Positions 1 to 11,920 of a stretch of DNA of 64,000 bases are shown here, in pieces (position 1 is the stretch's first letter; each line of letters starts with the position of its first letter). A model generated the notes under the pieces. It searched no databases, had not been told where the DNA came from, and saw only the letters and a list, made by a program, of their open reading frames with translations. The stretch lies in assembly GCA_047967505.1 (NCBI GenBank), contig CM106538.1; one strand, 5' to 3'. A program made the translations under genes and the position numbers. This stretch comes from Dipteris shenzhenensis (lineage: Eukaryota).

Positions 1-293
1 TCACGGAGGATCAAACCATAGAAGAAACTTCATGAGAGAGAAAGAAAGTATGAAACACTCAATCTATTCCAATCTATATGATCAACAATACATGATAGGC
101 TTCTTATATAGAGAGAGCCTTTAGACTAGTCAACACATGTGGGATCCTCTCATCCACATCTCTCCTTGTGGATATCCTCAATCCACATCTCCACATCATG
201 TAGTCCACATCCTAGGGTGGCTACTTTAATACATTCCTTATCACATACCTTTGGTCTTTAATCTATGTGCTCATGGCACCATATCTCTCAACA
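1..293 (-). repeat. 3' LTR (partial) of the non-autonomous element
   Basis: Direct repeat of 2559-2851, ends ...ctctcaaca, abuts PPT. Confidence 0.92.
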
Positions 294-2493
294 CCTCCCC
301 TTGGTGCCATGATCCTTTGGCTACTGCAAGGTGGTCAGATGTGAGTTACATTCCATCACCTCCCCTTAGTGCATGCATTGCTACTTAAGGTGGTAAAGTG
401 TGGCTTTTACATGTCAATACCTCCCCTGGGTGCTTTCATAGCTACTCTCAGGTGGTCAGGTTTGATTACAAACATATAGGCAAGGTTGGCAAGGTTTTTC
501 GTTTCTCAATACATTCCATTGATGTCACCATTTGGCTCATGGCTTGATGACGATCTTGTTGTCTTCTTCGCTTGATGCATGATGCTTTGTTTTTCCATGT
601 GCCTTGATGCTTTGTGTGTGGATGCCATGCTTTCTGCTATGGTCATCTCATGCACTTGTGCTTTTGGCATGCTTTCTACATTCATGCGTTGCTTTTTCAG
701 TTGTTGCAAAGGTCTTACCAATTGATTTCTTTCAATATTGGCAGTGTCTAATTGCATACAATGATTCTAACTTGACAGGCACATAGAGCTCGAAAAGGCG
801 ATCACTTTTCCCTTTTGGAGCGTGTTCAAATTCTTCCTGGATTGCAAGTTATGGCTTGTTGAAGATTTTGTGAAGAAGAGGGCCTTTGATGATGTGGCAC
901 AATGGGCATTCACATGCTGCAATTCCGAACTGCGCTTCGCAGGGGCTATGTGCTTAGGTGGCACTACTGATTGTGCATGCTTATGTGGCAGTTAACCAAT
1001 ATTGAACCAAAACCTAACCCTGGTTCAGTGTGAGTTACTTGACCATTGAGCAAACCTAGGGTCAATGTGACTTCACCTTGGTAATTGGGATAAGGTGCCA
1101 CGTGTCCACTTCTAGACCAACTATTTAACCACAATTCTACTTCGCTTAGCTCGAGTTGAATTTTAACTGCCACATGTCAATGAATGGGAACCGTATGAGA
1201 GAGTGGAGGATAAGGTCGTTTGCTGCTTAGTTTTGATGGAGCAGGCTTCTGGCAATGCAGGAGCTGTGTTTGCCTATGCATAACTCATTGTGAGGCGGCT
1301 GGAGACCGCTCACAGGTGCTGCTCACGGATGTTGCTCATAATCCAGCGTCGCCCTTGGAAGCATGGGCTTGGATGGCGGTGGGATGGCCTTAGCTGCAAG
1401 GCTTGTAAAGCAGGAGGGTGGTCAAGCTGTTGTAGACCCGTTTGCACACCCGGTGAGGCAGAGAACTGGCTGCACAGGCGCTGCAGCTGTGTAAAGACCA
1501 AGAGGGGTTGGAGCCACCTTGAAAGCAACGAAGATAGAAGGCGTTGGTCGAGGAGGGAGGCTAGAGCTTTGGTGTGAACTCTTTTATCACAGCTAGCGCC
1601 TTTCGCATCACTATGGATTACTGCTTGGTCTATGAAGCTGTGAGCCTTGCGTAGGCCCAAGAACTCCATCGTTGAGACTCATGCAAGATATTTCCAAACT
1701 TACAAATTTTGAGCAAAAAACGACCGATGCAGTTGAACAAAATCATCCCTGCTCTTCCCTCTCTATCTTCATCAGAAACTACAACTCAGAGAGCGCGATC
1801 TGAACTCTCCGAAACTGCCTCTTTCAGACGCTCCCCTCTTGTGTTCGTTGATGTGGCCGCGTAGTATGTTGTAAGAGTTGTACCAGACGTTGCTTGATTT
1901 GTTTGAGTCCCGCTGTGCCGATTGGATTTCAAATAGCGTTGGTTTGGGTCATAGAGTTGTGGCACTATCGCTTACTGCAGAAGATCTCGTAGGTCAACGA
2001 CGATCATCCAATTGAAGAGTTGCATGTCGAGAGGCATTGGTTGTTGTGCTCGTTATTCCCTTGAAGCCTTTGTTTGTTGCTGCTGCTGAGTAGAGGAGTT
2101 GTTGAGAAGTCGATTGGCGCTGTTGAGTTCCTGGCTCTACCCGTCCATTGTTGGCTGACTTCGAAGCTGCTGTGGAGATCTGCATAGATGTAGAAGCTAT
2201 GACTCATCGCCAAGAGCTGTTGCGGGTCTAACGTGAGTTTTGTGTTGCAGGTCATAGGAGCTTGAAGGAGGCAGAATATGTTGTAGCCTAGAGTCCCTCT
2301 CTCTAAAATGAAGCATTGACTTGAACGAACAACTCAAAGAATCTCTCTCTCTCAATTGCACACAGAGAGAGTCTCTCCCACTCAAAAAACACTGTAAAGA
2401 ACTCTCTAGATCTAAAACTAATCTAAACTAATCTAGGAATGGGAGCAATCCTAGTGAACTACTAATGAGCTAAACTAGGAGAGCTAAACCTAT

Positions 2494-2505
2494 GCTCTGA
2501 TACCA
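2494..2505 (-). other. Primer binding site, tRNA-iMet type (TGGTATCAGAGC)
   Basis: Exact reverse complement of the canonical plant iMet PBS, adjacent to the LTR. Confidence 0.92.
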
Positions 2506-2851
2506 TGACAAAGTGTGGAACGTACTTAGCCTAATCTATCACTCAATGAGCATAAAGATCACGGAGGATCAAACCATAGAAGAAACTTCATGAGAGAGAA
2601 AGAAAGTATGAAACACTCAATCTATTCCAATCTATATGATCAACAATACATGATAGGCTTCTTATATAGAGAGAGCCTTTAGACTAGTCAACACATGTGG
2701 GATCCTCTCATCCACATCTCTCCTTGTGGATATCCTCAATCCACATCTCCACATCATGTAGTCCACATCCTAGGGTGGCTACTTTAATACATTCCTTATC
2801 ACATACCTTTGGCCTTTAATCTATGTGCTCATGGCACCATATCTCTCAACA
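2506..2851 (-). repeat. 5' LTR (346 bp) of the non-autonomous element
   Basis: tgacaaa...ctctcaaca; repeated at window start. Confidence 0.92.
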
Positions 2852-5800
2852 GATCTTGTAGTTCTCATTCTCTCATCACATGTTGTGATTTAGATCTCTC
2901 CTCCCTCATCATCGTTCATGACAAGTTTTCCTACAAACTATGTAGCATCAAAGATTTCCTAGCTTGAGTTACATGGTATCGGCTTCATGTCCATGTGTTT
3001 TGCAACATGATTCTCGTGTAAGTTGTAAATATCATCAATGTTTCCTAGCCCAAGATTGTTTATTGGTGACTCTACCCATCCCCCCTTAATCCACAACCAA
3101 GTAAGGTGTTTAGAGAGGTCTCTCATCTAAAGACTTTATTGCTATTAAAGTTTAGTGTAGCGTGTAGCATCACATCATGTTTTATTTGTACCTTTACAAC
3201 TTGCATGCTTTCTTGGAAACTCTCAAGGTTTCACAGTAGCATGCCAAGTCATCAACTCCACTATGGATTTGCATTGCAACATGTGCTGTATTCTAGCAAT
3301 GAATCTATTAATTAATTACTCACTGTTCCCTCCCGTCTTTTGCTCTCAATTAACCTATCTATGTCTATTTTAATTCGCTCCCTTTTGCATCTATCTATGT
3401 CTGTGTTAATTCGCCTCTATCTTGCCACTCCCTCCGCTTCTGTCCCTCCGCTCCATCCTCCCTTCACTTCCTCTCCCCTGTCCTGCCTTTCCTTCAGCTC
3501 AGTGCTCCCTTGTCCCTCTACACCCTACCCTCTCTCGGCTCCGCCCCTCAACCCTCCACTCTTCCTCCATCAAAGAATAAAATCTTTTTATAAATCTAAA
3601 AGCTAAGATTTTTTCATAAAACATGTGCAAACTTAGATCAACATGGAAAAACTATAAAAAGAAAATCAACATTTTCAAGCTTTTGTAATCTTCTCAAAGC
3701 ATGAACAATAAGATTGACTAATCAGGGAATATTCAACCACGGACACCCCAATAGCATTTAATTAGAGGTCAAATCATTATAGCTAAAGAGGCTAGGCAAG
3801 AGTAAATGAGGAGTGGTAAGTATGCTTGTAACTATGGGCTCACTAAACCTTCTCACATAAATATTGAGGAAAAGCCCCATCATTTGTCATAAATATACAA
3901 TACTCCATTGAGACTCTATCAAGGTTTCTTAATAAATACGTACAAAGTCCCACTAACGAGTATGTCTAGTAAAACATTGAGAAAAAGACAATTGAAGCAT
4001 GCCATGGTAAAATTTCATAATATAACCAATCTCAAATGGGAAAGCGTGCATGTGCATGCATGCGAGCATGCGTGCGTGCATGTGTGTGTGTGTGTGTGTG
4101 TGGTGGGGGGGTCATAAAATGCCAATGTAATGATGTTTAATTTTGATGTAGTTCCTCTCTTGACTCACAAATCTCATCTAAACTCATGACTTGTATATCA
4201 TCAACATGATTTGATTGTGAATAGCTTCATATTAGAGATTGCTGTCTTGCACTCTTTGCTAGAGGCTTACCCATGTATCCTTGAGAGTGTCTACCCCATG
4301 AGAACATTATGAGGAACTACCACAATTGGGTGTATGCTCTAAGGTACCACTATGGGGCTTATGTGAACCTGTCAATCTATGATACTCCCCCCCAACACAA
4401 AGTGTTCTATAGCAATGGTCCAAACTATGTGGATGTAAGAGGAGTACTCAAGAAATCTATAAATTGAGTCATGATTGAGAACAATTGTAGGCCAAAGATC
4501 AAGCCTATAACATGATATGACAACAAAGTGTTGAGAATAGCAAAGAGGCTATACAATGTTGATGTATGTATAGGAACCGATGATAGAAAATAGTAACAAA
4601 ATGTGACTTTACATGGCTGGCACATGAAGCGTAAATATGTGCAAGTGTCCTGAATCCAAGGAAGATCCCTTTGCTAAAAGTCACAAATCTCTGATGTGAT
4701 GAAGAGTCCAATGCCAAATGTACTGACGTGGTGTGGATGAGTGTGAACATCGGTGATAGAATTAGATGGATTGGTGCTAGTGGAAACTAATCGGATGGTT
4801 CACACAATGGCTCACTTTGGATTGGTGGAGTTGGATCTCCTCTAAGGCTATGCTAGTCTACAAGTAGACTACACATTGATCATAAAATGCACCATAAGGC
4901 TTTATCTACATTCATTTTATGTGTTGAGTTGAATAGGTGTTAATGGATTAGGAGGTGGTTTTGATGATGAGTATTGAATGATTGTAAGCTATGGAAAAGT
5001 CAAAAGCTAGATCTAATGTACTCTGCATGGAGAGCATGATTTGTAGAGCATTTGTCTTTTTACACCGTTGCAAAATTTAACAAGTATACAAAATTATTGC
5101 CATTTGAAATTTGCTAAAAAACTTTGTTCGAGTGGTCAAAATGATGATGTGAGATTGTGTGATGATGTGGCACTATGTGTGCACATGATATTTACAAAAG
5201 TGTGCTTGTGTGGCAATGTATACTTAGGTGGCACATGATGGGAGATAATGATAGTTTGTGATGTGGCATTGCCATTTGTTTGATGACATGGTAGTGGGTT
5301 GGCTATTGATGAGATGGCGATTGTGCTAACATGTGGTAGCGTGAGATGGTAATGTTGAGGTGGAAATAACACATGGACCCTATTTACCACCACATATCAA
5401 GATTTGTGATGGAGAGAAGGGTTTGATATGGAGCGTGAAGGCAATGAGATGGTGATGTGGAGCAGGAGGAAGATGCAGGTCAAGAAGAAGATGACAATAT
5501 CAGAGGCTTGCTCTAAGTCTCTCTATTGCATTGTTGCTTGAGGCATTCTTTGTCGAAGTGTTTATTTGTTGGAGCTATTCTATTATTGCTTCAAGCATCA
5601 TTCGCCACATGTCATATCTAGCTTGCTCTTTGTTGTGCTGAGTGTATGTGGCTACCTATTATTCTTTTGCTTGTTCGTCATTTGCATCTGAGTTTTATCG
5701 TGGTTGTCAAATCTTTTCTATGTTGATGTCATTGTAGATCACCATAGTTACTACTAGTCTCTTGGTTGTTGTAGGCATGTCACATGTACCTTGTCAATTT

Positions 5801-6133
5801 TGTGTTGCCTCTATATAGCTCGTTTGCTCTTGGTTATAGTTGTAGTAGATGTCCTTGTTTTCCTTTGTAGTTATTGCAATTGAGTTACATTGCAACTGAG
5901 TTAGGCGATCGAGTTACATTGTTTTGTAGTTATTACAATTGAGTTACATTGCAGTTGTGCTAGGCACGTAGGTTAGCAGTTGATGTAAGAGTTGCATTTA
6001 GCAAGCCTTGGAGGAGAAGAGGCAAAGGCATTTAAAATCTCTCCTACCAAAATGATATAGCTTTCACCCTCAACCTCTCACATAAAACTTTAAAAAACTC
6101 AAACATAACATAGAAACCTTTAGAAATCAAGAA

Positions 6134-6169
<36 letters not shown>

Positions 6170-7128
6170 GTTACAACCACTTCGGCCCATCTAGTGCCAA
6201 GGCATATGCTAATTCTCTCTACACTCTATCTACAAATGGCTCTTGTGCTATCCATATATGAGATCCAAATGGTTCTTGTGTTATTCTAGCCAATTTGGAC
6301 AATCCTGATGACTACTTTGAAATGGAGCCCTTTGTGCCTCAAAACCTTAAAAATTTGGATAGGCCAGATCCGTTAAGATGCCCCCCTTCCTCTTCACAAT
6401 CCATTCATGGACTGTGTCTGGTGCATGATGTTGGACTTGAGGGTGTTGTTCATAGTCCAATAGCGGTCAAGTGTCCTATGGGAGATGCGAAAAAAGGGAT
6501 GGAGAGGCTTCCAAAAATGTGTCTAGAACATATCTTCAAATGTTTGGATGTGATGTCTATGAAGATTTTGGACACATACATAGAGCCGCATGACCTGAGG
6601 GAATGAAGGGCCCTCGTTTAGATTGAAAACCAATCTCCGCTCGTAGCTCTCTGCTGGTGGAGCTCTTTTGCTAGTAAGGCTTGGGCGGGTAGGTCCCTTA
6701 GCAATATTATCAATAGCTTAAAAAAATGCATGGGGCCTACAAAAGTTGGATCATGGATAGATCCGAATATTGTGTTGAACTCTTCCATCTAGGCGGCCAG
6801 AGTGAGGGAAGAGCCAATTAAGGAAAAATCAAAGTGCGGAAAATTGTATGCAATCTTTGGATCCGCATCGAGCATCTTTTCAAAATTGAGCCAACTTTAG
6901 TGATGGCATAGGGGCATAAATATGGGGTCGATTCTCGTTCAGGCCCTGTGCAGCAATATGTGATCCAAAATGCTGCATGCCGCAAAAATTGAATTCTCCA
7001 CTTAGGCTGAAGCCCTCCATCAGTGTCGGTCATAGGTACTTACTTATAATTTGGTTTAGTGTAGCCTCCCCAAATACACCACTTGTGTTCATGCCACCAC
7101 TTATGAAAGCTACATTGGATAAGTTTAC

Positions 7129-8283
7129 TGTTGGCTCTTTCCCACGCCTTCCATAGGAAGAGCAAGGTATTCTCAGTATGTAGGGTTTCGAGGCTTTTTG
7201 TCACCTATAGATATATCAGGGTTGTTGTTTGTAGTATACATGTAGCTTAGGACCTCGAGTCGTGTTCCGGTGAGAGACGTAGGCTTAAGTATGGTAAGCA
7301 AACATATAACTCGCATGTATAAAAGGGACGTGTATCATCATGGTTGTGGTAATGAAGGCTTTCGTCTTCATTGGGGTTGTAGGGTTTAGGAGGAGTTCAA
7401 GGGTTAGAGGGAGGTTTAGGGTTTAGAAGGAGGTTCTAAGGTTTAGAAGGAGGTTCCAGAGTTTAGAAGAGGTTCCAGAGTTTAGAAGAGGTTCCAAGGT
7501 TTAGAGTACTATACACGGTGGAGAACTCGTCTCCCTTGTAGATCATGGAGATTAAGGGTTGAGGAACTAAGGGTTTAGGGGGAGCATAGGAGTGGGAGAG
7601 GAAGAAGGTGTAAGAGCATCGGGGAAAGAAGAGAGAGGAGGAAGGAGGAGGAGGAGGAGGAAGGAAGAAGGAGGAGAACAGAGGAGGAGAGGGGAGGAGG
7701 AGAGAGGAGGAGGAGAAGGAGGGAGGAGGAGAGGGGAGGAGGAGGAGGGAGGAGGAGAGGGAGAGGATGGGTTGCAAGGTTGGAGGAGAGGGGAGAAGGA
7801 GTTGCAAGGTTAGGACATGCTTTTGGATGTGGAGTGCAAGGAAGCATGGACGCTTGAGACAATTGCTTGGAATACCAAAGTAGAACTCAACACAATGCCC
7901 CAAAGAGTGTGGGCTTCATTCCATTATAGGGTATTTATACAAGTTGGAGAGCTTCTCTCTTTGCATGTAGGAATTGTAAGACATTCTCTCTCTATATGTA
8001 GAACTCGCATGTAGGAGTTGCATGTAGGAGTTGTATGTAGAACTCGCATGTAGGAGGTGCATGTAGAACTTGCATGTAGAACTCGCATGTAGGAGTTGCA
8101 TGTAGAACTCGCATGTAGGAGTTGCATGTAGGAATCGTATGTAGAACTTGCATGTAGAACATGCAAGTTGGATTTCTAACAGGGATTATTTCTAGCCTTA
8201 TGCAAGTACAAGTAGAGCTTTGTCACCGCTACTCTATACACACATTCTGTTCCACCTAAGTCCATGTTGGCATAGAGACAACA
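7129..8283 (-). repeat. 3' LTR of A (1155 bp) with internal ~19-20-bp, (GGA)-rich and 13-bp tandem arrays
   Basis: tgttggctc...gagacaaca; colinear with 17186-18100 plus 43687-44321. Confidence 0.9.
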
Positions 8284-9491
8284 TACTCCCGGATCCATTT
8301 TATTACCCGTCCTCGGGTTATGTCTTATTTTGATTTCGGAGTTGGGATGCCATGTGCGTAACCCAGTGGCTGTTGAGCTTGTGGCATGCGAGTCATTCTT
8401 GCTGTAATGCTTTTACACCATACAATTTATGGTCTATAGTCAGGAAGCTTATCTCCTCTTAAGGAGGGGTAGATGACTATGAATTTCAGAGGAGATCTCG
8501 TTGCTGAGGTTGCGGACTCTACCATCGAATCTTCTTGGAAAGAGATTTAGCGGGGGTCTCATTATGCCTATGTTCCTTTTGCTGCTAGATGTATGGGACC
8601 CACATAGTCAATCCCCCATTTTTCAAATGGTTTTTGTGCAACAACTATTGTTAGGGGATTGAAGTCTTTGTGTTGTGGTTTAGTAGTCCGTTGGCATACA
8701 TCACAGCCTTTTACATATTCATAGGCATCTGCTCACAGTGTTGGCCACCAGTAGCCTATAAGGAGAACTTTTCTTGCTGTGGCTTCCCCTTGGAAGTGTC
8801 CTCCTGCAATGCCTTCATGGACTTCACTAAGGATTGGCATGATCTCATGAGGCATTACACATCTTCTTAATATCTAGTCCTTGCCCATCTTGTACAGTTG
8901 TCCTGCAATGAGTTGATAGGGTGCAGCCTTTAGAATCAATTTTTTGGCATCTACTGCTTTCATTTTAGGGGGTGGTCTTCCTACCATCAAGTACCCAATG
9001 ATATCTCCACACCACTTTGGAACAGCATCTATTTGAAATAGTGTGGCATCTGGTAAGTTGTCTTCTATCCCAGTGGCTTCTTCTCCCGACTTGACACGAC
9101 ATGTGATCGGCAATGTAGTGTTGGGCGCCCTTGCGGACCACTATTTTGAAGTTGAATTCTTGAAGCAAGAGGAGCCATCTGGTTATTCTTCTTGTTGTAC
9201 ACGGACGGTTCACAAGATAAAGCAATGCTTGATGGTCAGTGTAGAAGACAAAATCATTTGCCCCAGTAGATAGTGCAAAAATTTCTTTACACTATACATC
9301 ATTGCTAGGGCTTCTCTTTCTGTGGTGGTATAGTTGATCTCTACATCATTGAGTTGTCGACTGGTGAAGTAGAATGGGTAGTCTTTCTTATGTTCACCAG
9401 GTTGACAAAGCACACTCCCAATTGCATACTTGGATCCACCAGTATGAACATGAAAATCAATGTCCCAATTGGGAGATATAAGGATGGGTGC

Positions 9492-9937
9492 TGTGATTAG
9501 GTGCCACTTTAAAAGCTCAAAGGCTTGGTTGCACTCTTCGGTTCATAAGAATTCCACTAGTAATTTGTAAAGTGGTCTAGCTATCATGGCATACTGTAAT
9601 ATAAATCTTCTATAATAGCCAGCATGTCCCATAAAGACTTGTACACCTTTGGAATTTGTAGGAGGCAATTCCATGATGCTTTTGATTTTGTCCATGTCAG
9701 TTGTTGCAATCCCATGTGATTAGGTGCCACTTTAAAAGCTCAAAGGCTTGGTTGCACTCTTCGGTCCATAAGAATTCCACTAATAATTTGTAAAGTGGTC
9801 TAGCTATCATGGCATATTGCAATATAAATCTTCTATAATAGCTAGCATGTCCCATAAAGACCTGTACACCTTTGGAATTTGTAGGAGGCAATTCCATGAT
9901 GCTTTTGATTTTGTCCATGTCAGTTGTTGCAATCCCA
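9492..9937. repeat. Tandem duplication, 2 x 223 bp, in RT/RH linker of G
   Basis: tgtgattaggtgccactttaaaagc at 9492 and 9715; tgt microhomology at the junction. Confidence 0.92.
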
Positions 9938-11488
9938 TGTTGAGAGACGATGTGTCCCAAAACAACTCCATGGGTGACCATGAACTGGCATTTTGTTGGA
10001 TTTAGGGAGATGCCATACTCCCTGCATTTGATTAGTACTGCTTCAAGACATTTGAAGTGGTCTTTTTTGTTTGAATGGATGCACAAATCATCCAAGAACA
10101 CTTGTAAAAACTTATTCAGAAATGACTTGAAAGCTATGAACATGACTCGTTGGAATGTGGCTGGGGCATTACAAAGGCCAAATGGCATGACTCTATATGC
10201 AAAAATACCCCATTATGTACCAAATGCTATTTTTAATTGGTCTTTAGGAGCAATTTGCACTTGGTTATAGTCACTGAAGCCATCGAAGAAGCTACATATT
10301 TTAGAGCTTGCCACCTTTTCCAACACTGTTTCTGTTAAGGGTAGGGGATAGTGATCCCTAATTGTGGCGGCATTCACATTTTTTAAGTTTACGCATATTT
10401 TGAGCTTCTTGTTGCATTTAGGCACAATGACGATGGGTGAAATCCAATCAGTGTGCTCTATCTCGTAGATGAATCTGGCATTTAGGAGTTTTTCCTGTTT
10501 GTCATAAACCATGGTGCCATATTTAGGATTTGTGCAATAAGGTCCACATACCTTAGGGTGAGCACCTTCCCTTATAGGTATTGTGTGTACTGCCACATTT
10601 GGTGAAGTTCCTTTCATTTCTTTGTATGACCATGCTAGGAGTGCTTTGAGTGTGGTTTCATCTTCTTGTCGAAGCTGTTTCCCAATGAAAACCAGTTTTT
10701 CTTCCTCCCCTTCAAGGGTGAGGTTTATTGTGCTTGTTTTTGCCAGTCCCTCATAGATTGGAGTTTCTCCAATACTATTAGTTTCTTGAATTTTAGATTC
10801 TCTTAGTGGTCTTGGCATTGCTATTGGTGCACTGCCATGTGTAATTCTTAAAGTATTCCGGCACATCTCAAAGATTGGCCTCTGATGGTGTTGAACTAGC
10901 TTGACATGTGCCATGTGTACTGGGTGGCATAGTTGCATTTACCAATTTGTTAGGCTCTTCTTGACTTTCTTTTTCTGAAGTCTCTTGATCGAGCTTCATT
11001 CGCACATGTGGCTTATATTTCCAAAACTTCTTACGTTGGGAACTGTGGGGTAACTTTTCCACTGATAAGGTGTTTCCAAGTAAGGGGGTTCATTTGTTGC
11101 GCATACTCCTTCCAGTCCCTTAGGGGACCATTCAAGACGTGGTGGTTTTGATTTTGAGGGAGCTGGCTTTGCCAGGTACAATTCGATGATCCTTGTTTGG
11201 ACTCGTTCAAATTCATTGAAATGTTCGACCATGGCTTTTCTATGTTCTCCTCCTTCAGCTTTCTTGCAGGATCTTCTGTTGTTATTCAACTTTGGAGGTT
11301 CAACTTTCGGGAGTTTGACTGCCATTAGGGCATGCAGAATGGCTAAGTCATTATCAAAGATTTGATCTCCAATTTTAGCATTCTCAGCCTCTGTTTCAAG
11401 GTCCCAAGGAAAATCTGAGTCATCATTGGTATGGGTACCTTCTTCAGGTTCATTATCCCACTCAAGGTCAGCCATAAAGAATGGCACT

Positions 11489-11920
11489 TCTAGATCGATT
11501 GGTTCTTCATGTGTGAGTGGAGGATCTACCTTTAGCACCTTAGCATCAATCTACGAGAAGATGGGGTCTAATGAATGGTAGTTGTCGATGGTTGCCAATG
11601 TTTGTATCCAGTTATTGACATTGCTTTGTGAGTCACCCGCTATGGCGTGCTATTGCAAGGGAGATGATTTGCTTGAGATTCGTGGAAGATGTGTCATCCA
11701 ATGCTCTAGATCGATTGGTTCTTCATGTGTGAGTGGAGGATCTACCTTTAGCACCTTAGCATCAATCTACGAGAAGATGGGGTCTAATGAATGGTAGTTG
11801 TCGATGGTTGCCAATGTTTGTATCCAGTTATTGACATTGCTTTGTGAGTCACCCGCTATGGCGTGCTGTTGCAAGGGAGATGATTTGCTTGAGATTCGTG
11901 GAAGATGTGTCATCCAATGC
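11489..11920. repeat. Tandem duplication, 2 x 216 bp, between protease and RT of G
   Basis: tctagatcgattggttc at 11489 and 11705; near-identical copies; tctag microhomology. Confidence 0.92.

Larger units (their letters stand above)
1..2851 (-). mobile_element. Non-autonomous (non-coding) LTR retrotransposon, Copia-type termini, recent insertion; left LTR cut by window edge
   Basis: 1-293 matches 2559-2851 with one mismatch by eye; full LTR 2506-2851 is TG...CA; PBS gctctgatacca at 2494-2505; PPT cctcccc at 294-300; no gag/pol motifs in the 2.2-kb interior. Confidence 0.9.

Noticed and set aside
2506-2851. Retrozyme (hammerhead ribozyme in the LTR of a non-coding element)
   Set aside because: No CTGANGA...GAAA core with flanking stems found by eye on either strand
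4600-4800. ASVLNPRK motif suggestive of a hAT transposase relic
   Set aside because: No other hAT motifs or termini
6295-7033. Short ORFs left of element A as a host gene
   Set aside because: No recognisable domain or exon structure; probably the interior of the older element that A interrupted
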